DNA of 63,612 bases, filler included, from Licmophora abbreviata (GCA_900291995.1; 9 parts of 9 records of this genome joined end to end with filler, not necessarily neighbours in it), one strand, 5' to 3'; shown: positions 1-12,309, counted from the first letter of the whole stretch. Numbers and translations are program-made. The notes: generated from the letters alone by a model not told the origin.

Positions 1-587
1 AAAAACCATTGATTCTAACTAGTCGCTCGGTTCTCCCAAAGTCGACTTGGTTCAGTGCCTGCAGGATTCCATATCTCGCGTCCTCCTTTTTCGACAGTGC
101 CACGCCGTCCTCCATATCCAAGCAAGCGCAGTCAAGAGTAGGATGAGATGATGCCTTGGAAATCTTGCGAGCATCAAAGCCTTGCAGATACAGGAGGGCG
201 CGTCTTACACGCGGTACCAAGCTCAAAGCTGACATAACGGAGCAGAGTAGCAGGCGGGAGGGTGCAGAGCAATCAATCTTCGGAAGGTTTCCGCTCGCTG
301 TATCTTTTCGCCATGGTCAGATCGATCAAAACATCATAAGCGCGTTCGCGGTCCGGCGGGTCTTTTGAACGTTTCGAACCTTGTTTTGCGCGAAGTTGCC
401 GCGCGCAACCGCGCAATCAAAATGTCATTGGCCTGTCCGTCACACGAGGGCGTCCCCAATTCCAATCTGTGCCGCCGCTGTCAGCGTCTACCGTCCATGA
501 CGGTTCACATGGCAAGACAGAACCGGAACAGCACCGTTGCACACCCAATATCATTCCACTCTGGTCGGATACACCGTACGCAGAAAG

Positions 588-949
588 ATGGCTACTAGAA
601 TTTTGCCGCTAGAACTAATCGACAAAGCAATTGGCTCCCAGCTTTGGATACTCATGAGGGGCAAGACCGAGGTCGTCGGCACGCTTCGAGGCTTTGATGA
701 TTATGTACGTGTTTCATCCTTTGGCTGTGCTTTACTTTGACATAAGTCTTCTTAAACACTTTTTCACGCATCTCTCAACAGGTAAATCTCGTATTGGACG
801 ACGCGGTCGAGTATACTTCAGACAGCGACGGGAAGTTTGTCAAGACTGAGTTACAAAGCGAGATCTTGCTCAATGGAAATCAGATCGCCGTGTTGGTGCC
901 GGGAGGGGCTGGTCCACCAGAAGATTCACTAGCAGCACAGGCTAACTGA
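588..949 (+). CDS. LSM5: U6 snRNA-associated Sm-like protein LSm5 (exons 588-704, 782-949)
   Basis: Exon 1 MATRILPLELIDKAIGSQLWILMRGKTEVVGTLRGFDDY, GTACGT..CAG intron 705-781, then VNLVLDDAVEY...ILLNGNQIAVLVPGG (Sm1 and Sm2 motifs of LSm5). Confidence 0.93.
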
Positions 950-1125
950 AGACTGGGTTTTAACGACAATCGGGATGAGACATTACTGGTGGTGACGAGA
1001 TATGGTCGATGAGTTCATACAACGAGACGGTCAGAAATACACCAATACGAAGTACTATTTTACCGTCTTCTCGCATCGTTCGTTACAAAATGCTTCCCAG
1101 GATTCCACATTATCATGTTTGTTGA

Positions 1126-2031
1126 CTAGTTGAGGGGACGGAGGTGGTCCAGTTTCGCAGGGACGACCATCACTTTGTCGTTTGTGCCTGCTACTTTGAC
1201 GCTCCAGCGCTCGCCGTTCGCGGACTTCTTTAGTACCTTGACGATTTTGCCATTGAGTTCACAGTTTGACTTCAAGTCCACAAGAGCCATAAAGTCACCC
1301 ACTCTTATATCGTCGGGCTTGCGGCAGTGTTGTCGGTGCCCGTCTGTACTCCCGGTACGTCCCCAAGCGGCGATTTGACAGGCTCGGGAACAGTAGTATG
1401 CCTTCTTGCAACGGAGACATCCCTCGAGACTCTTTTTCCGTAGCGCTTGCAAAGATTGCTTACAGTAGTCACACTCAAATCCTCCACATAACAATCTCAG
1501 AACGTTGAAATCAGGAAAGCGAGGACCAGCCAACCTCCCGTCTCTGAGTCTATCTATGTTTTCAAAGATGATTTCCTCCTCATCTGAAAGAAGGAAATCA
1601 ACTTGGGTAAACTCCGGCTCTTCTTCAGGACCTCTCTCGTAGACATTTATGTGACGTCGACGTTCGTCGAGACTGGCACGGTTCATGATCCGCATAGCCT
1701 TACGAGCCGCGACTGCCGCTGCTTCTACCCTGCCACTAAATAGCAAAATTTGGCCAATCTCATGTGCAACTTTACCGCGATACAGACAGGGCTCCGCTTC
1801 GTTCATGACCAGTTCTACGAGGATTTGCAAGTCAGAATCCCTCACGAAGTCTCTGGTAGTGCAGTTTTCTCTTATGAGCTGCGCATACATGAGCATGATA
1901 GAGAACCGTCCATCGTCCCACACCTCATTCGTAGCCCGGAGCGCTTCCAAATACAGGTCGGCAGATCGTCGAACATTTCCGGATCTCCATTCCCAATCGG
2001 CCTGCCTCCAGATGCTCCTATAGTTCGACAT
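1126..2031 (-). CDS. MYND zinc-finger protein with helical (TPR-like) N-terminus and C-terminal SH3/KOW-like segment
   Basis: CDYC..CLRCKKAYYCSRACQIAAW..HRQHC MYND motif; first ATG at 2031. Confidence 0.8.
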   Translation of the reverse strand: MSNYRSIWRQADWEWRSGNVRRSADLYLEALRATNEVWDDGRFSIMLMYAQLIRENCTTRDFVRDSDLQILVELVMNEAEPCLYRGKVAHEIGQILLFSGRVEAAAVAARKAMRIMNRASLDERRRHINVYERGPEEEPEFTQVDFLLSDEEEIIFENIDRLRDGRLAGPRFPDFNVLRLLCGGFECDYCKQSLQALRKKSLEGCLRCKKAYYCSRACQIAAWGRTGSTDGHRQHCRKPDDIRVGDFMALVDLKSNCELNGKIVKVLKKSANGERWSVKVAGTNDKVMVVPAKLDHLRPLN

Positions 2032-2415
2032 GAGAAAGAGCACGAAGACTTTTATCAGCGTCGCCGACAAGAGAGCTGATGGGCGATGTGAATGAATTGC
2101 AAGAAGATTGTGATTGTGGTGCCAGAAGAATCTTCAATGTGTTCGAAAAAATGATGATGGGCACAGCATCATCAGTTAATCAGTTTGGACACATCGATGG
2201 GCAGAAAAGTCCGGGTCATCGATGGTATTGACTTCACGTAGCTTCTACATACCGTGATGCTGATGTTGACATTATCTGATGGCAGAGAGTCGAGCCGAGA
2301 GCCGCCGCGTCGTGTCCCTTAGTCGTCTTCTCTCGTTGATTGACCCCCTCCGATCTCATCTCTGAATACAATCGACGAGAGCTGACTTGATTCGAAGTGT
2401 CGGGAGAGATAGAAC

Positions 2416-3658
2416 ATGACGGGTCGGACGAACCTTCGTTTGGGCGAAGTGACTGTGATAGATTGCGGCACTCAACGAGAAAGGGTACGTCTGTCTCAGT
2501 ACAAGCGCTGCATGAAACTGCACGAGCTTCAATACAGTACTTTGCTCTTCACTAATCGCTATCCACTTTAAACTATCTCGCTCCGACACAGTCGAGGAGC
2601 GTGTCGTGGAATAGCACTGGGTCATGGCTAGCGGGAGCGACGAGCGAGCGGCTAGCGAAAATATGGACAGTCGAGGGTGGTGGCAGCCAGGTACGACATC
2701 CTCTGCACGGCCAACAAGCTTGAATTCGTGAATGAGACGCGGCATTCTAAACGTCTCTGACGCTTTGTTGTCAAAGGGAAGAGAGATATTGAGTATTTCC
2801 GGTCATAACGCTCCAGTGGAACGAGTCCGATTTCATCCGTCCGACGCCAACGCACTCTGTACGGCGGCGCTCGATCGGACCGTGAGACTCTGGGACATTC
2901 GCGGCGGCTCACAGCGGGCCATGGGAAAGATTGAATTGAAATCGCCACCGGGGCGCTTTGGAGTGGGGAGTGCGGCTTCGATTGAGTGGGCTCCGACTGG
3001 TTCGCTCCTGGCCGTCACGGAACGCGACAATACTGTCCATATCTATGATACGCGGAAGCTGTCGTCTTCTTCCAAGGGAGGACGAAATTCCTCGTCGGCC
3101 ACTCCGTTACATTCTTTCTCGTTGAAGCCTCATGTCATTGAGTCATGTGTGTTTTCGCCCTCGGGTGAGTATCTTGTCGCCGCAACGACGTTTCAGGGTG
3201 AGGGGATGGGAGAGTTGCGACTTTGGAACTATCTAACAGGCGAAGCAGTCGACGAAGAGGCGTTTGTGTATCCGGCTCACACGGGACCCGTGTACACTCA
3301 TGTGTTTTCAGGGGATGGATCACGGCTTGCATCGGGCGGGAGTGATGCCATTGTGGGGCTGTGGGACGTGAAGAAGATGATTTGCACTGATACCATTACG
3401 CGACACGTCAAGTTTGTTCGAAGCGTTGCCTTCTCTCATGATTCCAAAATGGTCGCTAGCAGCACAGAAGGCGAAGCTATCGATCTAGCAGACGCATCGA
3501 ACGGGCAACTCATTGGGAAGGTGGGACGAGGTGGAGCGGACGAAGTAGCGTTTCATCCGAAGAACTACATGCTGGCGTGGGCAAGGGGAGACTACGTGTC
3601 GACATCGGGCGAGCAGCGTCCTCCTCCGGTGGCGGTGGCTGTGCTAAATGTCAGCTAG
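2416..3658 (+). CDS. THOC3: WD40 protein, THO complex subunit 3 (Tex1)-like (exons 2416-2484, 2592-2690, 2777-3658)
   Basis: Two in-phase GT-AG introns; exon 2 SRSVSWNSTGSWLA..AKIWT; WD repeats GHNAPVERVRFHP, AHTGPV..LASGGSDAIVGLWD, VRSVAFSHD, VAFHPKNYMLAWA. Confidence 0.8.
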
Positions 3659-3911
3659 TGAGTTTCATCCTTTTGTAACGTAGGGTACAAGTAGCAAGCT
3701 AGTAGCAACATAGAGAACTCTCTATTGGGCGCTATTGCTTTCGGTCGATGTGGTTGATTTTCTGGTCGTCTGTCGCTCACATCTGCATCAATGCAATGTC
3801 CTCGGAGATGTCAAAGTCATTTCAGGGGTCATTATTATCCTGAGAGCCATTCTGGTTATCGTGCTCACAAAATGAGACCACATAAAAGCCTCTCGCCGTA
3901 GCAAGACCAAG

Positions 3912-4781
3912 ATGACCGCCTGGGCACGGAAACTCCTGTGCGCTGTCGCCTTGACGGCGTTCGTAGCGCTGATTCCATATTTGAAAGAGAGCACCAGAGT
4001 CTTGACCATGGATCCGTCGCGGCGTGTGTTACAGGCGATGTTCGATCCCGCCACAGTTGTGCTCAAAGGTCCAGAGCGCGGCGTGAAAAGGCTTGAATTC
4101 GTACACATCACAAAGAATGGAGGAAGTGCGATTGAGAAAGCCGCTTCCAGGGCTGGCGTTATCTGGGGCGCTTGCCATTACAAAGAATGGGGGAATCTTG
4201 GGTGTAAACGCCCAGACTGGCCCAAGCAGTTCAACATGATGAGACCGCCCAAAGGTGGAAAGCGTTACCACGGCGAACCGTGGCACGCACCACATTATTG
4301 GCTCGACCCTCCTGTATATGGAGATGCGGCGACGTTCGCTGTTATCAGAAATCCGTACGATCGTATCATCAGTGAGTATCATTACTTCGAAGGCGCAATT
4401 CATGGATCCTCGCACGACCCCGCCAAAATGAACGAGTGGATTGTCTCCAAAATCCATGAATACGACGGGAAAACCTACTATGGAGGCCACTTCCTTCCCC
4501 AGCATAATTTTGTATACGATGAGGCAGGGACGCTTATGATCGACCACGTTGTGCGTTACGAGAATCTCAGTGAAGAGTTCGCGAATCTCATGAAAGTGTA
4601 CAAGCTTCCGATTGAGCTCCCCGAGAAGACAAGGCACTTTCGCGACACGACAAGCAAATACTACACAAAGGAACACCTTGATGAATCCACGATTCGACTC
4701 ATCAATGACTTCTACAAGAAGGATTTTGAGCTTTTGGGGTATCCCATGGTTACAGGGGCAGCCGAATTCCAGACGGAGTAG
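3912..4781 (+). CDS. Golgi-type carbohydrate sulfotransferase (Sulfotransfer_2 family), N-terminal signal anchor
   Basis: 5'-PSB FVHITKNGGSAIE, 3'-PB RNPYDRIISEY, HFLPQ, RYENL, YKKDFELLGY. Confidence 0.85.
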   Translation: MTAWARKLLCAVALTAFVALIPYLKESTRVLTMDPSRRVLQAMFDPATVVLKGPERGVKRLEFVHITKNGGSAIEKAASRAGVIWGACHYKEWGNLGCKRPDWPKQFNMMRPPKGGKRYHGEPWHAPHYWLDPPVYGDAATFAVIRNPYDRIISEYHYFEGAIHGSSHDPAKMNEWIVSKIHEYDGKTYYGGHFLPQHNFVYDEAGTLMIDHVVRYENLSEEFANLMKVYKLPIELPEKTRHFRDTTSKYYTKEHLDESTIRLINDFYKKDFELLGYPMVTGAAEFQTE

Positions 4782-5002
4782 TACAGAGGGCTAACTCTTT
4801 TCGCTTTGCCCCGAACTCTCTTTTGTGGTAATCTACACTCTAAGTACAAACTGGTCACTATTCTAGTAGCAAGCAGCTTGTAGAAGTTGTGCACATTTCT
4901 CCTAATGTAAACTTGTTGTAACAACGCATTGTTCTAGCTGGCAAGATCACCAGAACCCCGCGCGCTCTCCATACATATTCAGTGTGAGGGTTGCAAGCGT
5001 CT

Positions 5003-6656
5003 TCAGTCCTTTGATGCCTTCTTTTTCTTGTCTTTCTTTTTCTTTTTCTTCTCCGATTTCCCTTCTGGGGTCTCAGATGAGTCCTTCTTTTTCTTCTTGG
5101 AAGACGGCTCTTCCTCGGCGGCTTCTGACTTTCGCTTCTTCTTCTTCTTGTCCTTCTTTGATTTCGGGGTGTCGACTTCTTCCATTTCTTCGTCATCGTC
5201 CGCCTTTGGTTTGCCTGCCGATAGCTGCTTGGCGACTTCTTCCATCACATCCACATTCTTTCGTGGGGCGGCCCCAGTTTCGTAGAACTTCAATCGCTCC
5301 TCCACCTGGTCTCGGAGCTTCTCACCATACAGCCGACTAGGCTCGTCCGAGAACGAATCGATTCGTGTGGCAATGGAACATTTGTTTGCCAAATATCGTG
5401 AAATACGGCCCTTGTTCTTTGCGTCGGCGCGTCCAATAAACGTCGAGTGATAGATGAGACCGTACTTAGGTGTGTTGCCCTTGGTCTTGAGCGCTCGAAA
5501 AAGGGCCTTCTCAGCCCCAAGGATCTGAACGGTTGATGCTGGAGCTTTGGCTAGGTTCGTGAGTGATCCAGCCTATAGAACGAATTTGCAATGGCGACAA
5601 GGTTGGTAAAATCTCGCGGACTATTGATGCACTGCAACGAAGCGCGACAACAAAACGTACCTTGCTGATGAGCCTGGCAGCGACGGTATCGCCAATTAAC
5701 GCGCTCAGATTCGGCGCGACAACCGACATCTTTTCCTGCAAGTACAGGGCGAGCTGCTTCCGGTATTCGGCAAGCTTAACCATACGCTGTGTGAAGTTCA
5801 CAATGTTGACCATGTCGACGGAGCTACAATCCATTCCCATACTGGTGCGCGCCGCTGCCACAACGGCCTTCGCCATTTCTTCATCACCGATGATTTCCTT
5901 CAAACCTTCCAGTTTACTTTCCCCTCCACTTTCATCGGTACTTTCTCCAGCAGGAATCAGAAGAGAACTCTTGTCCTGAACAAAAGCTGCGGCGCGCGCA
6001 AACATGTAGTTGTCCTTGACGATATCTTTAAGCTCCGGGAAGTGCCAGCTATACCACTCGCGCACACGCATCGCAAACGTGTTCAAGTCCTTATCCATCT
6101 GGTCCAAAAGAGCGATCGATTGGATAATCATGTTGTCGGAACGGGCAGGATTGAACTTGACCTTGGAACGAGAGTAGGAGTGGCCCAAGCCGAGCTGTGC
6201 TTTTTCTGCAGCACCGCTCTCCAGTCCTTTTACAAACGTTTCGAGGTGAAGCCGACATCCTCTCAGAATTTCACGCACAGTATCGTCGCTGCGACAAGAG
6301 ACGCCAGGGAGACCATCGGATATGGCAGTAGCGAGACCAGGATCGATCACCCCCAGAGAAAAGGAGGGTGTTTTGGAAGCCTTCTTTGCCTTGGGAAGAT
6401 TCATTTCGAGGAAGTTGTGGAGAGATCCGGCCATGGCATGCTCCGACACCGCGTTGGCATTTTCTAGAGCGTCCTGAGCACTCTCGAATGGCTGAAACGC
6501 CTTGAGCTTCACGGCCCGCCCAAATCGCTGAAGATCCGCAACCGTGTCCATCGATCCCTCCAACAGGCCTCCGATCTCCTCAAACGCGACCACCTCAAAA
6601 AGGGCGTAGCCAGCTGCACATTCCAGAAGTGTGAACAGACTCTTTGAGTCCGCCAT
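5003..6656 (-). CDS. NOP56: Box C/D snoRNP protein Nop56 (exons 6656-5661, 5572-5003)
   Basis: [37 protein letters not shown]; after intron 5573-5660 [55 protein letters not shown]; Lys-rich tail. Confidence 0.95.
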
Positions 6657-7338
6657 CGTCTACGATAGCTTCAGTATCAAAGATACCAACACAGCAGCAA
6701 GTGTCGCTTTGTGTTGTGTTGGTCAGGTGAAAGCAATCGGAGAGTTATCAATAGAGTTGATGTGGTTGTTGTGTTTTGTGTGGCTGTGAGGGTTTTGATG
6801 TGTGGGCAGGAGAGTCGAAGGGCGAACACTCCTGATTCCGGAACGTGTCTGGCCGCCGACACCGCCCGAGCTTGTGGGGTCAATGTGATGATGTTAGCCC
6901 GTCTGGTAGTTCTAACCTCTATTGTCCACGAAGGACAACATTTTGGTCTAGCGCCGCACCATCTAAACCTGAACACAAGCGAGAGGATCTGCATCGAGAG
7001 AAGAGTCAGTGTTGGGCAACCTCGGGCCTTTCTGTTGGTGACATTGATCACTCGGCTCCTCCCATAGCATTGCTTCCCACTTCAGGCGGCTACAAGTTTG
7101 TAGGACCCCAGTTTAATCAAAACATACACAGTACAAGGGACGAGAGCCATAGGAGAAGAGGGTTGTGGTAATATGCCGCCAAAACAGACCATAACCGTCT
7201 TACTAATATTGTCGCGTGGTCGCGACATGGCATTAACTTCGCCATGCACAAGACTCGCCTCATTCGTGCTTCTACCCCTTGCGCCGTTAACCATACACAC
7301 GGAGAGTTCTGTCCTGTCTTTCTGACCGGAGCATTCCT

Positions 7339-8933
7339 TCAACGCAGACGTGAGCCATAATGCGGGTACATGAAACGCTGCGCCATGTCCCCCCGCCTCA
7401 TGTTCAGCCCTTCGTCCGAGTCAGAATCATCGCTCATGTACATACTCGTGTCGGCATGGCGACGAGTAGAAATGCCTTTCTTTATATTTGCGTTTGCTCG
7501 CTGCTCGTGTGCCTGTATCTTTCCATCTGGTTGAATGTTTCGGCGGGGAGCGATACCCTGCATCTCGAATGTGACGTGGCCTGATGGGGCCGACTTGGAC
7601 TTTCCGAAAGGAAATTGATTCTCCTGATCGGGAGATGGATAGTCGCGAATACCCAGGCGCTCGTACGTTTTCTGAGGTGGGCTCGGGGTCGACATTTCAT
7701 CAAATGGCTTATCATCAAATGAATGATCAATTCCAATAATCGTTGTAGTCTTCGTCGATTTCTTGCCATGGTTTCTGTCGATGCCGAGACGCGAATTCTT
7801 AGTAGGACTCACACGCATCGGCGACCCACTCTGCACTTTATTCATGATATCCTCGAGTGCGAAACGCTCTTCCTCCTCGTCTTTAAAATGGACAGACACG
7901 TGTGGACTAGCGGTAGGAGACAACAACGAACAATCGCTGTCCTGAGCCCAACTGTCAAACGCCTCCGAATCTGTCTCGTAGGAAACGTCTTCATTGGCGA
8001 CGGCCCTGAGGAATGCCGAATCGATCTCATCGTTTTGATCAAACGAGAATCGACCCCCATGATCCTCGCTGATATCAAAGGTGTCGTCGCCACTCTCCAC
8101 TTCATCCCCCGACGAGTCGCTCTTCAGGTCGAGGACATCACCAGGGTCGTCGATCTCTTCTTCCGATGCGATCGGCGAGGACAAGTCCATCACCTCATGG
8201 CTATCAAAGGAAACCTCTCTAGGAGAGGTTTCTCTGGAAGTTTCCGCATCCTCGTCGCTCACTTCCAACGACCAGCCAGAGAAGCTTTCCCAGTGGCCGT
8301 TATGACGGGACGACATGTCGCTCTCGAAAGAAACGTCGACAGCACTGGCTGACAATGTAGGCTTTGTATCGTCGTCAGACTCTTGATGCTCAAGTGAGTT
8401 CTTCTTGGAATCCAGGTCCTTGACAATGAAATTATTGAGCTGGCGTTCGTCTATGCGCAGTGAAATGACGTCTAGACGCTTTCGGATCCAGTCCAAATCA
8501 TTCAGACTCTTGTCGCGCAAGCTGGAAATTTCAGCTGTGGAGCAATGATAGAGTGGGTGCCTCGGAAGCGCCACCAATAAGAAGGCAATCAGTCGGTTCC
8601 CCATAACGTAGATCTCTTCCATGTTCTTGCGATTCTGGTACATGTTGCGAAACTGAGCGAGGACCTGTCATATTTCATAGTTGGATGACGTGAGAAAGCG
8701 AAGGATCGGAGCGGTGGTACACAGCCAGCGAGACTTACCCGATCTGCGACTTGAAAGTACTTTCGAACGTGACACTTGCGGTTTATGAAAAAGGAGGTGC
8801 CTCCCTCGGCCTTATCCTTGCGCAAAAGCTCACGGCGTCGCTCTTCGCCGTGGCGTCGCCACTCGTCGTTGCCAATCATGGGGAGCTTGCGGACTGCGTA
8901 TGAGGACGAAGACAATTGGCTGTTGGACTCCAT
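7339..8933 (-). CDS. Hypothetical protein with N-terminal USP8-dimerisation/AMSH-MIT-like domain and long acidic disordered tail (exons 8933-8739, 8664-7339)
   Basis: In-phase GTAAGT..CAG intron 8665-8738; RKYFQVADRVLAQFRNMY..NMEEIYVMGNRLIAFLLVALPRHPLY resembles the AMSH/USP8 N-terminal helices. Confidence 0.6.
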
Positions 8934-9808
8934 TCCGAAAAGTGATGCTTTGTTGAGCTTATCCGCCCTTCCACGTCAAGTAGTCGTGCCTCAGAACAGT
9001 CTTGTTGTGCTTGAGAGGCGCTCAACGCAACAGTCGGAGAAGAGAACGGCTTCCAACAATGCCCTCACACACTCACATCAATGTTCTTGTGAAGCGCGGC
9101 TCGCCTCTCCAAGAAATGGCGCGACACACTTCAAAAATAAATAGCATGAAAATTTCGATTCGCTTGTGCGATCAATTTAGCGTCACTATCGTCCAAAATG
9201 GGTTGTAAGTATGATCTTTTGAATTGGAATCCAACGGACGCGCTCGTTCTGCCAGCGCTCATCATCTTATAGTATTCGTGCTTGTTTCTATACATTTCGA
9301 ATAACAAGACGACCGTGAAACCAAGGCCACAAAATGTGACGTGAGAACCTCGAGCCACCGTCGTTTACCGCTACCATGGCATAGAAGCAGCCCACGCTTT
9401 CGACGGTTCCTCCGAGACAGCGAGGCGCACCTGCTCGTAAGAATGAACCCCCCTGACTCAATGACTTCAATTTTCTGATCATGTATCGCTTTGCGGACTT
9501 CTGTCAGCGTCGGAAGTGAACGCACAGTGCATTGGTCCATTGAGAGAGCGTCTGTCGTCCTTGCCTGGAAAAATACATAGCGAGGATCGAAGAGCAAACC
9601 TCTGGAGGCCGAAATACCTCTAGGCGAGTCAAAAGACGCCATTTACGTAACTAGTCACCGTCGCGTATGACTTTCTAGGGGATTTGTTTGTGCAAGAGGT
9701 GACGACCGTCACGACATCCTACTTACGACCAACCGCAATCATTTTTCGAGTTGATCTGACTTCAAAAACGATCTCATTGTCGCACGTTGATCGTATTTTA
9801 GTTTACTC

Positions 9809-10261
9809 TTAGAGCGATCCGCGTCCCTTCTTCACTGGCACGGGCTTTGTGATTCCTTTGGCACGTCTGTTCGCTTGGTAAACCTTGGTGTACTTGGCGA
9901 GAGCAGCATCTTTCAAATCCCTGCGGTAAAAGTTGTCGACAGCCTGACCATTGATCACCTTTTCGGATCGACGAAAGTCCTTGTTCACGTTGGTGGTGGC
10001 GAAGGCCTTGTTTGGGAATGAGTATGACTTGGAAGCCGTCTTGGTCACAAGCTGGGCTCCATTATCCTTGGTGGCGACCACATCAACCGCCTTGGAGTTG
10101 GCCAGACCGGAGAACTTGAACTGGCTCACACTCTTGACGTTTCCCTTTTCGACACTGAACTTGATGGATCCAGAACGCTTCGTTCGGCCATTGGTCTTTT
10201 TCATAAAGCACGTGTTGTGCTTCACCAGCTCCCACACGAGCGAATCTGAAACTTGCACCAT
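9809..10261 (-). CDS. RPL28: 60S ribosomal protein L28 (probable 5'UTR intron 10263-10339)
   Basis: SDSLVWELVKHNTCFMKK..FSVEKGNVKSVSQFKFSGLANSKAV..YRRDLKDAALAK; TTTTCAG acceptor 1 nt before the ATG, CTAAC branch site. Confidence 0.92.
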   Translation of the reverse strand: MVQVSDSLVWELVKHNTCFMKKTNGRTKRSGSIKFSVEKGNVKSVSQFKFSGLANSKAVDVVATKDNGAQLVTKTASKSYSFPNKAFATTNVNKDFRRSEKVINGQAVDNFYRRDLKDAALAKYTKVYQANRRAKGITKPVPVKKGRGSL

Positions 10262-11215
10262 CCTGAAAATTATCTACTGAGCAAAAACGGTAGACAGAAC
10301 AGTGGTTAGACTAGATCGACGCTTGGGGACGAGTCGCACTGAAGTCTGCCACCAGTTTGTTTGTGTCGACACGGTAAGAAAACATGCAGGGACCGAACAA
10401 CAGACCAGCCGAATACCAGCACCACGACGTAAGAATAACACCATCGACGAAGCTTCACAGCGATGGAAACATTCCATTCGTCGCATGCCGTCACTCGGGC
10501 TAGGTCTAGACGGTCTCATAACGACCGCACTGTAGGCTGGCACCATTGTGGCCATCATCTTCAGCGCGAGCCGCAACCCTTTCGGTCAGGTGAGCCCATC
10601 GTACGCATTCATTTCGCGTTTGTTGCCCCGTTTTCTCTCCTCCAGTGAAACATAGCACTCCAATCACCCCGATAACACTATTCAAGCAAAGACAACAGCT
10701 GAAACACTCCGTTCGAGCCACCATGGAGAAACACACCTCTTCAATACGTCGACGCTGTTGCGACCGCACAAAGATGAAGGGCGGGAAAAGCTCTAGTACT
10801 GAAACAGTGTAGGTCTCTACAAAGAAGTAAGCGGTAAGCCTTTGGTACATCAACCGCATATTTCTACGGAACAATCCGGGTGCCCCCAAAACTCTCGCCA
10901 CCGCAAACATCATTCGCTCTTCGCCGCGTTTCGAGGTAAGGACCATGGCCGCACACCGCTGCCCAGAGGTGTTTAACCGCATCCTGGGCTATTCCATTAG
11001 CGTGATACTGTCTTTTGGAGTGAATGGGATGGATAGATTGACAAGAATGAGGAAAATTGCTTAAAAATCGCTTTGTGTTGAGCTCCGTCGTTCGCCTAGA
11101 TCTTCCTTGCAGTGTCGATGTTTATTGACAATAGTCAAGCTCCCACAGTCGACGCTGCTTTCTCAATGGTCCCTTTTTCCCCATTTTCTTACTGCAGAAT
11201 AAAACCTATTTCACC

Positions 11216-11833
11216 ATGCCGGCTTACAAGTACATGGAAGAGCTTTGGCGCCACAAGCAGTCGGACGCTCTCCGCTTCTTGATGCGCGTCCGCGCTTGGG
11301 AGTACCGTCAACGCAACAAGATCACTCGTTGCAACCGTCCTACTCGTACCGAAAAGGCCCATCGTCTTGGTTACAAGGCCAAGCAGGGATACGTTATTGT
11401 CCGCTGCGGTGTCCGTCGTGGCGGGCGTAAGCGTCAGAACCATCGCGGAATGGTCTGGGGTAAGCCCAAGCATCAGGGTATCAACCATCTCAAGTTCGAA
11501 CGCAATCTTCAGAGTGTTGCTGAGGAGAAAGTGGGACGCAAGTTTGCAAACCTCCGTGTTCTTAACTCCTACTGGATCAATCAGGATGCCACCATGAAAT
11601 ACTATGAAGTCATTTTGGTCGACCCGTCGCACACCAAGATTCGCAACGACCCTCGTATCAACTGGATTGTAAACCCTGTTCACAAGCACCGCGAATGCCG
11701 TGGGCTCACCAGTGCTGGACGCAAGTCTCGTGGTCTTCGCAAGAGCGGCCACCGCGCGAATGGAACCAAGGGAGGATCCTACCGAGCCGCCTGGCTCCGT
11801 CGCAACACTCTCCGTCTCAAGCGCTACCGTTAG
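11216..11833 (+). CDS. RPL15: 60S ribosomal protein L15 (probable 5'UTR intron 10936-11197)
   Basis: [57 protein letters not shown]. Confidence 0.97.
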   Translation: MPAYKYMEELWRHKQSDALRFLMRVRAWEYRQRNKITRCNRPTRTEKAHRLGYKAKQGYVIVRCGVRRGGRKRQNHRGMVWGKPKHQGINHLKFERNLQSVAEEKVGRKFANLRVLNSYWINQDATMKYYEVILVDPSHTKIRNDPRINWIVNPVHKHRECRGLTSAGRKSRGLRKSGHRANGTKGGSYRAAWLRRNTLRLKRYR

Positions 11834-12227
11834 AGCCGCTGTGTTTCGTTGTGCCGAGACAACTTGTGAGCTTGGTGGTCCTTTTGCGATGGTGTTGTTG
11901 ACCGCTGCTACTGCGTCGGCAGCGTAACTAGAACAGTATTCACTTCTCTACTTTATTGTGCTCACCACAACTTCGTGCGTATCGCGTCTGTCTTGTGAAT
12001 ACTGCGGGTTGCGTCCCCTTTCAATAAATTTGTTTCCTACCGGTGGCCCATCTACGGCAGTGCCACAGGGCACCCTGTTCCATAGCATCAAGCTGGCAAG
12101 ACGATGCTTGCGTGAATGCATTGGGGACAAGCACTGAAGATCGATCATCGAGGAATTCTTTCTCAGAAAAAGCAATCGGCAATTTAGCTCATTATGTATT
12201 ATAAAGCAACCTCAAAGAGCATGGAGA

Positions 12228-12309
12228 GACACTGTGGCCGAGTGGTTAAGGCGATCGACTAGAAATCGATTGGGTTTATCCCGCGTAGGTTCGAGTCCTA
12301 CCAGTGTCG
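12228..12309 (+). tRNA. tRNA-Ser (anticodon AGA/IGA)
   Basis: GACACTG..CAGTGTC acceptor stem, TGGCCGAGTGG A-box, ATCGA-CTAGAAA-TCGAT anticodon arm, long variable arm, GGTTCGAGTCC B-box; TATA-like TATTATAAA about 25-30 nt upstream and T-rich terminator downstream. Confidence 0.96.

Noticed and set aside
6961..6974. CTAAACCTGAAC as a telomerase RNA template
   Set aside because: Does not match TTAGGG-type repeats, and no supporting promoter or terminator was recognised
9140..9780. Intergenic ORFs of 64-126 aa
   Set aside because: Overlapping, motif-less and with no evidence of coding function
10590..10645. Possible extra + strand intron (GTGAGC..TCCAG) between RPL28 and RPL15
   Set aside because: Only 56 nt with no credible ORF around it; cannot be supported without transcript data
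11189..11752. Long antisense ORFs over RPL15, COPG (59523-60635, 61830-62495), the sulfotransferase and GHR
   Set aside because: Shadow frames of well-conserved genes with biased codon use; no independent motifs
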